Positions 56,645 to 64,000 of a stretch of 64,000 nucleotides of DNA are shown piece after piece. Origin of the DNA: Actinomycetota bacterium (GTDB lineage Bacteria; Actinomycetota; Aquicultoria; CAJVYJ01; JAUVQD01); NCBI GenBank assembly GCA_030679975.1, contig JAUXSL010000027.1:11447-75446 (forward strand), in the 5' to 3' direction. Position numbers and translations under genes: made by a program. Numbering within the stretch: position 1 is the first letter of the stretch; every line of letters starts with the position of its first letter. The notes under the pieces were generated by a model, which was given only the letters and a program-made list of their open reading frames with translations, was not told the DNA's origin and did no database searches.

Positions 56645-56919
56645 AAACCAAACTAACCAAAGAAGAACAAGAAATACTAGATAGTTTTGAAAGAGATGAG
56701 TGGGTTCCCGTGAAGAACCAAGCAAAAAGAAAAGCGGAGCTAATGACCTACGCAAGAAATACTCTGAAAAAAGACAAACGATTGAATATAAGGATTTCCG
56801 AAAGAGATCTGACTGAATTGCAAAGAAAAGCGGTGTCGGAAGGTCTGCCCTACCAGACATATGTCGCCAGCATTATTCATAAATTTGTAAACGGGAAACT
56901 CATTGACGTAAAAAGCTGA
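56641..56919 (+). CDS. brnA: BrnA antitoxin (CopG/RHH-like)
   Basis: EQEILDSFERDEWVPVKN...KRLNIRISERDLTELQRKAVSEGLPYQTYVASIIHKFVNG is the classic BrnA pattern. Confidence 0.8.
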   Translation: MKTKLTKEEQEILDSFERDEWVPVKNQAKRKAELMTYARNTLKKDKRLNIRISERDLTELQRKAVSEGLPYQTYVASIIHKFVNGKLIDVKS

Positions 56920-56947
56920 GTTGCTTGTGACGTTTGAGAGATAAAAA

Positions 56948-57214
56948 ATGAAATATACAGAATACTTCTTGTACACGAGAAATAAGCCCGGAAGAGCCGG
57001 AATAAAAGAGGCCTGGATTCAGTTCGCAATCGACAAACCGGTGCGTACTGAAATACAATCAGATGGCAGGATATGAAAATGGGCCAAGGTTGCCGAGCAA
57101 GAAAAGTATTTGCGAGTGGTTTTATTGCCCGACGGTGAGACAGTCCATAACGCCAAAAAGACCGCGCATTTTCCAGACCTCGCATATCAACAAATTGATA
57201 AAGAAACCGCATAA
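56948..57214 (+). pseudogene. DUF4258-like small protein gene interrupted by an in-frame TGA (or translated by opal read-through)
   Basis: ATG with GAGAG SD. 42 codons (MKYTEYFLYTRNKPGRAGIKEAWIQFAIDKPVRTEIQSDGRI), then TGA at 57074-57076, then 45 more in-frame codons (KWAKVAEQEKYLRVVLLPDGETVHNAKK...). The second half carries a YLRVVLL.DGET.HNA-type motif. Confidence 0.45.
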
Positions 57215-57271
57215 CATCCATTGAGAGCGACCGTGTCAAGGGCAAAAAATAGAGCTGCTCGGCCGGGTGAT

Positions 57272-57559
57272 TTATGCGACAGCCGACCCCGTCTTCTCCG
57301 TCTTGTTATCTGACTTAGTTTCCGGTTTAGTATCGGATTTAGTTTCCGATTTGGTCTCAGTCGGCACCGGGTTGGTCGATTTTTTCTTATTGTCGGTAGT
57401 GTAAAAACCTGAGCCTTTAAAGATTATTCCCACCGGGTGGAACATCCGCTTGACCGGTCCGCCGCATTTCGGGCACTTAGTCACCGGCTTATCTGTCATT
57501 TTTTGTACCACATCGAACTCGTTCGCGCATTTTTGGCATCTATATCCGTACGTCGGCAT
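57272..57559 (-). CDS. FmdB-family zinc-ribbon protein
   Basis: MPTYGYRCQKCANEFDV...CPKCGG N-terminal CxxC...CxxC ribbon, with a Thr/Lys/Glu-rich low-complexity tail. Confidence 0.8.
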   Translation of the reverse strand: MPTYGYRCQKCANEFDVVQKMTDKPVTKCPKCGGPVKRMFHPVGIIFKGSGFYTTDNKKKSTNPVPTETKSETKSDTKPETKSDNKTEKTGSAVA

Positions 57560-57669
57560 TGTTTGAATTACCTCCTCGAATTAGAAACAATACAGCATGA
57601 GGGCTTAATTATGCAACCTGTCCGGTTTGTTGTTAGAATACGATAGGTTTTCGGGCGGTAGGTGCGACC

Positions 57670-59400
57670 ATGACGGATAAAATCAAGCAGTATGCCTCAA
57701 CGGCTATCTTCATAATCCTTTTATTCGGGGCCCTCTTTGTTGTACTCCAGAAGCAGCTTCACTTCGGCGGCGTCGCGGACTTGCCGACTGAGGTCTCCAA
57801 TCTGCCGGCTTACGCGTTTTATTCCTTCAGTCGCATGCTGGCCGCCTACATCTTGGCCTTTATCTTCTCCATCGTCTACGGCATGACGGCCGCTCTAAAG
57901 CGCAGGGCGGACAAGGTGATGTTACCGATCTTGGATGTTTTACAATCGGTGCCTGTCTTGGGTTTTTTCCCGGCCGCTGTTTTTTTCTTTGTCAATCTGA
58001 TGAACGGGAGTCGTATCGGGGTCGAGATGGCATCGGTTTTTCTCATCTTTACCAGCCAGGCCTGGAATATGACGTTCGGTGTCTATGAATCGCTGACAAC
58101 CATGCCAAAAGACGTCAGGGACGCGGGCAATGTTTATCGCCTGAACGGAGTCGAGAGGTTTAAGCGTCTGCTGATGCCGGCCTGCACATCCAAGCTCGTC
58201 TACAACAGCATCCTATCGTGGGCGGGTGGTTGGTATTTCCTGGTCGCGACCGAGATCATCACTATCGGGTCGGTCAACTTACGTCTGCCGGGTCTCGGAA
58301 GTTTTCTTATGCGGACAGCGCAAAGAGGGGAGACGGGACTGACACTGCTGGGGCTGGCAGTGCTCATCTTCATAATTGTCGTCATGGATGTCATGTTATG
58401 GCGTCCGCTGACTGTTTGGTCGCAAAAATTCCGGTATGAATTCGCCGCCGCCGTTGTCACTCAGCGGTATCACCGGTCGATTCTCCTGCGTCTCTTCTTG
58501 CGCGTCAGATCGCTCAAACCGGTGAGCCGGACGTTTCACGGGGCTTTTATGCTGTTTAAAAGCCCGGGCGCTCTCATCGCCGGTCTGACGGCGAGCGTCA
58601 CCGGCTCGATCAGGGGCAATATTGTTTTTAGAACGGCCCGTCCTTACGGGCGACGGTTCTTTTGGACCGTGTTCGCGATATTATTCGCCTACTTGATATA
58701 CTTGGCCGCCCGGGCGCTGGTAAGCGTCTTTTCAACGCCGATTCCCGCCCAGGCGTATCAGATACCGGGTGCGCTGGCCGCTTCCGGCCTGCGGCTGCTC
58801 GTGGCTTATATAATCGCGCTGGCCTGGACCATACCGGTGGCGGTAAAGATAGGCCATAGTCCCCGGGCCGCCCGGGTGTTGACGCCGGTCTTTGAGATCG
58901 TGGCCTCGGTGCCCGCCACCGCCATCTTTCCATTGATGGCTGTTTTTATAGTCACATATACCGGCAGTCTCAACCTGGTGGCGGTCCTCCTCGTTCTTAC
59001 CGGCATGCAATGGTACCTTCTCTTTAATCTGCTGGCCGGGGTGACCGCTATTCCCAACGACATGAAAGAAGTAGCCAAGATACATCAGCTAAGGGGTTGG
59101 CTTTACTGGCGGCGAGTAGTTTTGCCGGCTATTTTTCCTTCAATTGTCACCGGCAGCGTTACCGCCTGGGGCGGCGGTTGGAATGCTTTGATCATCGCTG
59201 AGTACTTTAAATTCCAGGGCAAGACATTTTCGGTCTTCGGCATCGGCGCGTTTTTAGACAAGGCTATGTTCTCTACCGGAAACAGCCAATTGATTGTCTT
59301 GGCCCTGGTCGCCATGGTCGGGGTGATCGCGATTATAAACAGGTTCTTCTGGCGCCGCCTTTACAATGAAGCGGCCAGACGATTTACTATTGAATACTGA
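57670..59400 (+). CDS. Fused double ABC permease (NitT/TauT-like binding-protein-dependent type, two BPD_transp_1 domains)
   Basis: Two EAA-loop regions ([15 protein letters not shown] and [19 protein letters not shown]). About 12 transmembrane helices. 576 aa. Confidence 0.8.
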   Translation: MTDKIKQYASTAIFIILLFGALFVVLQKQLHFGGVADLPTEVSNLPAYAFYSFSRMLAAYILAFIFSIVYGMTAALKRRADKVMLPILDVLQSVPVLGFFPAAVFFFVNLMNGSRIGVEMASVFLIFTSQAWNMTFGVYESLTTMPKDVRDAGNVYRLNGVERFKRLLMPACTSKLVYNSILSWAGGWYFLVATEIITIGSVNLRLPGLGSFLMRTAQRGETGLTLLGLAVLIFIIVVMDVMLWRPLTVWSQKFRYEFAAAVVTQRYHRSILLRLFLRVRSLKPVSRTFHGAFMLFKSPGALIAGLTASVTGSIRGNIVFRTARPYGRRFFWTVFAILFAYLIYLAARALVSVFSTPIPAQAYQIPGALAASGLRLLVAYIIALAWTIPVAVKIGHSPRAARVLTPVFEIVASVPATAIFPLMAVFIVTYTGSLNLVAVLLVLTGMQWYLLFNLLAGVTAIPNDMKEVAKIHQLRGWLYWRRVVLPAIFPSIVTGSVTAWGGGWNALIIAEYFKFQGKTFSVFGIGAFLDKAMFSTGNSQLIVLALVAMVGVIAIINRFFWRRLYNEAARRFTIEY

Positions 59401-59401
59401 T

Positions 59402-60184
59402 ATGAGCTTATTGGAACTGAACGACATCACAAAAAGTTACCAATTCGAGGAGACGGAAGTCACGGTCCTCGAAAAGATATCCTTCGCCGTCGAACCGCGC
59501 GAGTTTGTCTGTCTGGTCGGTCCTTCCGGCTGCGGTAAGAGCACTTTACTTAAGATGGTGACAGGTCTCTCGGTGCCGACCGCCGGACAACTTCTCTACC
59601 AGGGCAAGGAGATATCGGGGATTAACCGCGAGGCGGCCATGGTCTTTCAGTCGTTCGCCCTGTTTCCCTGGCTGACCGTCCGGCAGAACGTCGCTTTAGG
59701 CCTGGAGGCGCTGGGCTTGCCCAAGCCGGAGTATGAGCGCAAGGCCAATTATTATATCGATAAAGTCGGGCTCGACGGTCAGGAAGAGGCATACCCGCGC
59801 GAGCTGTCCGGGGGTATGAAGCAGCGTGTCGGCCTGGCGCGGGCGCTCACGGTTGAGCCGGAGTTGCTCTGCATGGATGAACCCTTTTCCGCCCTGGACG
59901 CTTTAACGGCGACAAACCTGAGAGAAGAAGTGATAGATCTTTGGCAAGATAAAACGTTGCCCTTGAGGGCCATCTTAATGGTCACGCACAGCATTGAAGA
60001 GGCGGTCTTCATGGCCGATAGGATAATCGTCATGTCGACGCGGCCCGGCCGCGTCATCAGCGAGATAAAAGTACCGTTGGCGCGACCGAGAAACATGAAA
60101 GAGGAGGCGTTTATGCAAGTAACCGATGAGATATATTCACTCATCGTCCGCCGGGCCGAGGAGTCGAAGGGTGAGGCGATTTGA
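59402..60184 (+). CDS. ABC transporter ATP-binding protein (NitT/TauT-like)
   Basis: Walker A ([11 protein letters not shown]), an ABC signature ([15 protein letters not shown]) and Walker B ([12 protein letters not shown]). Start refined to the ATG at 59402, 1 nt after the permease stop. Confidence 0.85.
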   Translation: MSLLELNDITKSYQFEETEVTVLEKISFAVEPREFVCLVGPSGCGKSTLLKMVTGLSVPTAGQLLYQGKEISGINREAAMVFQSFALFPWLTVRQNVALGLEALGLPKPEYERKANYYIDKVGLDGQEEAYPRELSGGMKQRVGLARALTVEPELLCMDEPFSALDALTATNLREEVIDLWQDKTLPLRAILMVTHSIEEAVFMADRIIVMSTRPGRVISEIKVPLARPRNMKEEAFMQVTDEIYSLIVRRAEESKGEAI

Positions 60185-60234
60185 CGCCAGGTGATAAACT
60201 GCGTAACAATACTGGGGAGGAAGACTAGTAAACG

Positions 60235-60720
60235 ATGGAAGAATCTGCCGGCTTACCTCACGCGGGGATAAGCACAATCTTCGGTTTGTTGGAAGTTCTC
60301 GACGATCTGAGCGGTCGAGAAGACATATTTAAGCTTGCCCGGTCTCTCAACTACGAGCTGGACGACCTTCTGCCGGTCATGGAGGCAGCCGAGATTCTCG
60401 GCTTTGTCCAGCTGGAAGAGGGGGACATCACCATGACCGGACTCGGCAAAGAGATCGTCGAAGCCGATGTCGACGGGCGCAAGCAACTTCTTAAGGGCCG
60501 CTTGATGTGCCGGCCCATTTTCACGGAAATAGTCGCAATCTTGCGGGACAGGCGGGATAAGCGCCAGTCTCGCGGGTTCTTTCTTGAATTATTCGAGGAC
60601 CATTTTTCCCCGGAAGAATCCGAACGCCAACTAAATACGGTTTTGGACTGGGGTCGGTATGCGGAATTGTTGGGATACAACCCCGATACCGAGGAGCTCT
60701 ATCTTAGTGAGGAAGCGTAA
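60235..60720 (+). CDS. Small cytoplasmic protein resembling the C-terminal AAA-associated domain found with some NitT/TauT ABC ATPases
   Basis: 161 aa, acidic. SD GGGGAGG lies upstream. It follows the ABC ATPase directly. The family assignment is tentative. Confidence 0.45.
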   Translation: MEESAGLPHAGISTIFGLLEVLDDLSGREDIFKLARSLNYELDDLLPVMEAAEILGFVQLEEGDITMTGLGKEIVEADVDGRKQLLKGRLMCRPIFTEIVAILRDRRDKRQSRGFFLELFEDHFSPEESERQLNTVLDWGRYAELLGYNPDTEELYLSEEA

Positions 60721-60740
60721 AGCTCTTTATCGATAAAGAG

Positions 60741-61472
60741 CTGGAGCGGGCCGGGATACTGGCGGCTTTTACTACCAACTCGCTCAATCTTGCGCTGCAT
60801 ACTCTTGACGAAGAAGCGGTCGTTTTAAACAACCGCCGCCGGCTGGCTGAGGCGCTTGGCGTTGAACCCGGACGGCTGACGTTTGTCGACCAAGTCCATG
60901 GCGCCGACGTCATCCGCATAGACCCGTCACAAGTGGGGGCCGGCGCCGGCCCGGATGCTTCTGAGCCGTCGCGAGCCGACGGCATGGTCAGCGATATCCC
61001 GGGCGTTCCTTTGGTGATATTGACCGCCGACTGTTTGCCCATAATCCTAGCCGACGCCCGGCATAAAGTTGTCGCGGCGGTCCATGCGGGTTGGCGCGGC
61101 ACTTTTGACATGATCGCGGCCAACGCTGTTGCCGCCATGGTTGGCGCCGGCGCCAACCCGGCCGCAATAGAAGCGCGCTTTGGCCCGTATATCGGAGAGT
61201 GTTGCTTTGAAGTCGGCGCCGACCTCTACTCGCGGTTCGCGGATAAATTCTCTTTAGCCGCGGCGCCGGACCGGCCCAGTTTGGATTTAGGGCGGCTAAA
61301 TAAGTCGATTCTCATCGAATCCGGCCTGCGGCCGGAAAACATTCAGACACTTGCACTTTGCACGCGCGACAATCCGGATTTATTCTATTCGTGGCGCCGC
61401 GACGGAGTGACCGGCCGGCAGGCGGCGGTGGCGGCGATTAAAAACGCCTCAAACCAACTGGTGGTAGAATGA
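60741..61472 (+). CDS. pgeF: PgeF/YfiH (YlmD) laccase-domain purine-nucleoside-phosphorylase / peptidoglycan-editing factor; start codon unresolved
   Basis: Conserved ...GILAAFTTN.LNLALH...VDQVHG...ILTADCLPI...HAGWRG...CCFEVG.... The reading frame is open from 60711, but the first in-frame ATG/GTG/TTG is at 60933, inside the conserved domain. Only CTG (60741, 60759), ATC or ATA codons are available upstream. Confidence 0.6.
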   Translation: MERAGILAAFTTNSLNLALHTLDEEAVVLNNRRRLAEALGVEPGRLTFVDQVHGADVIRIDPSQVGAGAGPDASEPSRADGMVSDIPGVPLVILTADCLPIILADARHKVVAAVHAGWRGTFDMIAANAVAAMVGAGANPAAIEARFGPYIGECCFEVGADLYSRFADKFSLAAAPDRPSLDLGRLNKSILIESGLRPENIQTLALCTRDNPDLFYSWRRDGVTGRQAAVAAIKNASNQLVVE

Positions 61473-61475
61473 CAA

Positions 61476-62147
61476 TTGGGCGAATATTTTGGAGGGCTAG
61501 TGCGCCGGACTTTTCACGAAGAGCTAAAAGATCTAAAAGACGAGGTTGTCGTCATCGGCCGGCTTGTTGAAACATCAATTGAAAATGCCGTCAATTCCCT
61601 TGTCACGGGCGATTTGGGGTTGGCGGCTGAAGTCATCATCGGCGACGATGAGATAGATCGCCGGGCTTTGGCGGCCGAAGAACAATGCATGTCGGTTGTG
61701 GCCAGGCAGTGTCCGGTTGCGCGTGACTTAAGGCTCATATTTTCAATCTTGTTTATCAGCGTTCACCTTGAGCGGATGGGCGACTTGGCTCTCAATATGG
61801 CTAAGACGACAAAAAAGACATCCACGGGGGAGAGTCAACCGGAACTCTTGGAGCTGATCTCCGAGATGGGCCGGCAGACACAAGGCATAGTCCACGCCAG
61901 CCTTAAAGCTTTTGTCGATCGGGATCTGGAGCTCGCCCGCGCTTTGCCCCAGCTGGATGAGCCGATCGACCAGCTATTCAAGAAGTTCTTTAAAGAATTA
62001 GCCAAGGTATCCGATGTCGAGAATTTTTTCGAGTGGGCCAGCAATATGGTCTTGGCCAGCCGGTTTCTCGAGCGTATCGCCGATCACGCGGTCGATATCG
62101 GCGAGCGAGTCAGTTACCTGGTCACAGGTAAGATGGAAGAGTGGTAG
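61476..62147 (+). CDS. PhoU-family protein
   Basis: Two PhoU repeats (...DLRLIFSILFISVHLERMGDLALNMAK... and ...ASRFLERIADHAVDIGERV...). TTG start. Confidence 0.75.
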   Translation: MGEYFGGLVRRTFHEELKDLKDEVVVIGRLVETSIENAVNSLVTGDLGLAAEVIIGDDEIDRRALAAEEQCMSVVARQCPVARDLRLIFSILFISVHLERMGDLALNMAKTTKKTSTGESQPELLELISEMGRQTQGIVHASLKAFVDRDLELARALPQLDEPIDQLFKKFFKELAKVSDVENFFEWASNMVLASRFLERIADHAVDIGERVSYLVTGKMEEW

Positions 62148-62827
62148 GGGAGCGGATAAGAGAAAACCTCGCGGCTGTCAACGCCGAAATCGCGGCGGCG
62201 GCGGGCAAGACGGGGCGGCGGCTTGAAGACATCCGCCTGGTGGTAGTCACAAAAAATCAATCAGTGGCGGCGATTTCCGCCGCATTGGCTGCGGGCGCGA
62301 CGGATATCGGCGAGAACAAGGCCCAGGAGCTTTTAGCAAAGCAAGCGCAAATCAAGAATCAAGCCAATTGGCATTTTATCGGCAGGCTTCAGACAAACAA
62401 GGTCAAGCAGGTGGTTGGGACGGTCGCTTTGATACAATCCGTCGACGATCTGGAGCTGGGCTTGGAAATAGACAAGCGGGCGGCCAAAGCCGGCTTGGTC
62501 CAACCGGTTCTCATTCAGGTAAATGTGGCTCAGGAGCCGACAAAGCAAGGCATAGCCTTAAGTGACCTGGAAAAATTGGTTGCCAAGCTCGATAATCTGA
62601 AGCATATTGATGTAGAGGGCTTAATGACGATAGCCCCGCCGGCCCCGGACCGGGAGTCGGCGCGGCCGATATTTGCTAAACTAAAGCAAGTGTACGATAC
62701 TCTAACTGGCAGTTGGGGGCTGCGTTGGCTGTCGATGGGCATGACGGATGACTTCACAGTCGCCATCGAGGAAGGTTCCAACATGATCCGGGTCGGCCGG
62801 GCGATTTTTGCCCCAGAGACACAATAG
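62141..62827 (+). CDS. yggS: YggS/YlmE PLP-homeostasis protein (alanine-racemase-fold PLP-binding)
   Basis: IRENLAAVNAEIAAAA..., VVTKNQS, GENKAQEL, WHFIGRLQTNK and GMTDDFTVAIEEGSNMIRVGRAIF motifs. GTG start overlaps the PhoU-like stop. Confidence 0.85.
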   Translation: MVGERIRENLAAVNAEIAAAAGKTGRRLEDIRLVVVTKNQSVAAISAALAAGATDIGENKAQELLAKQAQIKNQANWHFIGRLQTNKVKQVVGTVALIQSVDDLELGLEIDKRAAKAGLVQPVLIQVNVAQEPTKQGIALSDLEKLVAKLDNLKHIDVEGLMTIAPPAPDRESARPIFAKLKQVYDTLTGSWGLRWLSMGMTDDFTVAIEEGSNMIRVGRAIFAPETQ

Positions 62828-62962
62828 AATGCGGCCCAAAGCTCCGGATGCAAGGCAGATGAACGCCGAGGTGAGGGAGCGTATGTGCGATTACGTGACC
62901 GAAGCGAGGCGGAGGATAACGCGGCAGACGGGGTTTTCGGCCGCATTCTAAGGGGAGGCGCG

Positions 62963-63433
62963 ATGAAGGAATTATGGAACAAAGCATTGTCGTACTTCGG
63001 CCTGGCGGAAGAAGAAGGTTACGATGACGAATATGACGAATATGACGACGACAGAATATATAACAGCGCCACATCCACAGTCAGGAAGATAACCAGGACC
63101 CCGGATCTGAGCCGGGCGGAACGGGCGGCCCTGCGTCCGGTCAGCGCGCCGCCTGTGCGTGTCAACATAGTCGAACCGAGAAGTTTTAACGACGCCCAAC
63201 AGATCGCGGACAAATTTAAGGCCAAACAGCCCGTGATCGTTAACTTGCAGCAGATCGATGCCGAGCTGGCAAAACGGCTTATCGATTTTGGCAGCGGCTT
63301 GACATATGGGCTTGGCGGCGGCATGCAGCGCATAGCCGAAAAAGTCTTTCTGCTCACGCCCAGCAACGTCGAGGTCAGCGCGGAAGAAAAACGGCGGCTG
63401 CGCGAGCGCGGCTTCATCTTCAACCAATTTTAA
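62963..63433 (+). CDS. sepF: Cell-division protein SepF (YlmF)
   Basis: Acidic Asp/Glu/Tyr linker and a C-terminal PVIVNLQQIDAELAKRLIDFGSGLTYGLGGGMQRIAEKVFLLTP core. SD AGGGGAGG lies before the ATG at 62963. Confidence 0.85.
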   Translation: MKELWNKALSYFGLAEEEGYDDEYDEYDDDRIYNSATSTVRKITRTPDLSRAERAALRPVSAPPVRVNIVEPRSFNDAQQIADKFKAKQPVIVNLQQIDAELAKRLIDFGSGLTYGLGGGMQRIAEKVFLLTPSNVEVSAEEKRRLRERGFIFNQF

Positions 63434-64000
63434 GTGGCAAAACTTAGTCTAATCGGGGCGGGCCGGATGGCCGAGGCGCTTATTTCCGGCATCCTGTCGG
63501 GAGCCACGCTGGCGCCCGACGATATATTAGCGGCGGATGTGAACGAAGACCGCCTTAGGCTCATCAATCAGCGTTATTCAGTAGCGACGACGACCGATTC
63601 GCTCCACGCCGCGCAAGCAGCGGAATATATCCTTCTGTCGGTCAAGCCCCAGCAGATAGACGAGGTGGTCTCGGCTCTCAAGCCGGCTTTGACGCCGCAA
63701 AAGACAGTGATATCGATCGCGGCCGGTGTCAGCGTGGCCCGCTTGCAAGCACTGGCGGGGCCGGGGGTACCCATAGTCAGGGTCATGCCTAACGCGCCGG
63801 CGTTGGTAAACCGGGGGATGTCGGCGGCGGCGCTCCCGCCCGGGCTGGCCGATGAGAAAAAGTCTTTTGTCGATCGGCTTTTAAGGTCAGCCGGCGAAGT
63901 TATCTATGTTGACGAAGATCTTATCGATGCCGTTACGGCCGTCAGCGGCTCTGGGCCGGCCTATTTCTTTCTATTTGTCCGGGAATTAGCCGAGGCCGGA
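63434..64000 (+). CDS. proC: Pyrroline-5-carboxylate reductase; 5' part only, runs off the window
   Basis: GTG start. LSLIGAGRMAEALISGIL Rossmann fold and PNAPALV motif. Confidence 0.8.
   Translation, partial: MAKLSLIGAGRMAEALISGILSGATLAPDDILAADVNEDRLRLINQRYSVATTTDSLHAAQAAEYILLSVKPQQIDEVVSALKPALTPQKTVISIAAGVSVARLQALAGPGVPIVRVMPNAPALVNRGMSAAALPPGLADEKKSFVDRLLRSAGEVIYVDEDLIDAVTAVSGSGPAYFFLFVRELAEAG

Noticed and set aside
56877-57245. 122-aa minus-strand ORF
   Set aside because: It overlaps the plus-strand DUF4258-like ORF, which has an SD and ATG. Its composition is implausible for a real protein (Cys, Phe and Leu-rich junk). It is antisense to a better coding signal.
1-64000. tRNA, rRNA or tmRNA genes
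   Set aside because: The only intergenic segments longer than 100 nt are 7249-7552, 25687-25798, 28029-28186, 32761-32928, 47804-48022, 54372-54548, 55075-55546, 56057-56365, 56920-56947 and 57560-57669. None shows a cloverleaf-like or rRNA-like pattern on inspection. Confirming this needs tRNAscan or Infernal.

Overview
This is a bacterial chromosomal window with about 58% GC and only short low-GC patches. Gene order and families weakly suggest a Chloroflexota-like or monoderm-like anaerobe, but that is a guess.

Positions 1-32760 are one large minus-strand cell-surface glycan locus. It carries a complete UDP-2,3-diacetamido-mannuronic acid pathway (WbpA, WbpB, WbpD, WbpE plus a UDP-GlcNAc 2-epimerase) and a WbpS-like amidotransferase. 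It also carries Gmd and Fcl for GDP-fucose, a UDP-galactopyranose-mutase-like gene, about twelve GT2/GT4 glycosyltransferases, and a B12-binding radical SAM enzyme. Export genes are a Wzm/Wzt ABC exporter whose Wzt has a long C-terminal glycan-binding-like domain, a methyltransferase, a Wzz-like co-polymerase and a Wzy_C/O-antigen-ligase family protein. The locus contains a 317-bp tandem duplication anchored on an 11-bp microhomology, which creates an in-frame chimeric ORF.

Divergently, 32929-40394 encode three genes. The first is a Wzy_C (O-antigen-ligase family) protein fused to TPR repeats. The second is a TPR protein. The third is a 1535-aa secreted protein with Ig-like and FN3-like modules and a C-terminal domain carrying 13 CxxCH haem-binding motifs. 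I read this as a candidate glycosylated, surface-exposed multihaem cytochrome, possibly an extracellular electron conduit. It is the most interesting candidate system in the window.

Positions 40480-54371 are housekeeping genes: hisC, DAHP synthase, tyrA, aroA, a UPF0182 protein, cmk, plsC, ispH, a DUF512 radical-SAM-like gene, der, plsY and gpsA.

Positions 54372-57270 are a low-GC accessory islet. It holds a RelE/ParE toxin-antitoxin pair, a MITE-like element with terminal inverted repeats and flanking direct repeats, a small membrane protein, a 230-nt block of nested palindromes, a BrnT/BrnA pair, and a DUF4258-like ORF interrupted by an in-frame TGA.

The window ends with an FmdB zinc-ribbon gene, an ABC transporter without a binding protein, and a ylm-type cluster (pgeF with no canonical start codon, a PhoU-like gene, yggS, sepF, proC).

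I found no rRNA, tRNA or CRISPR. ORF-track starts were refined where an obvious ATG and overlap pattern allowed.
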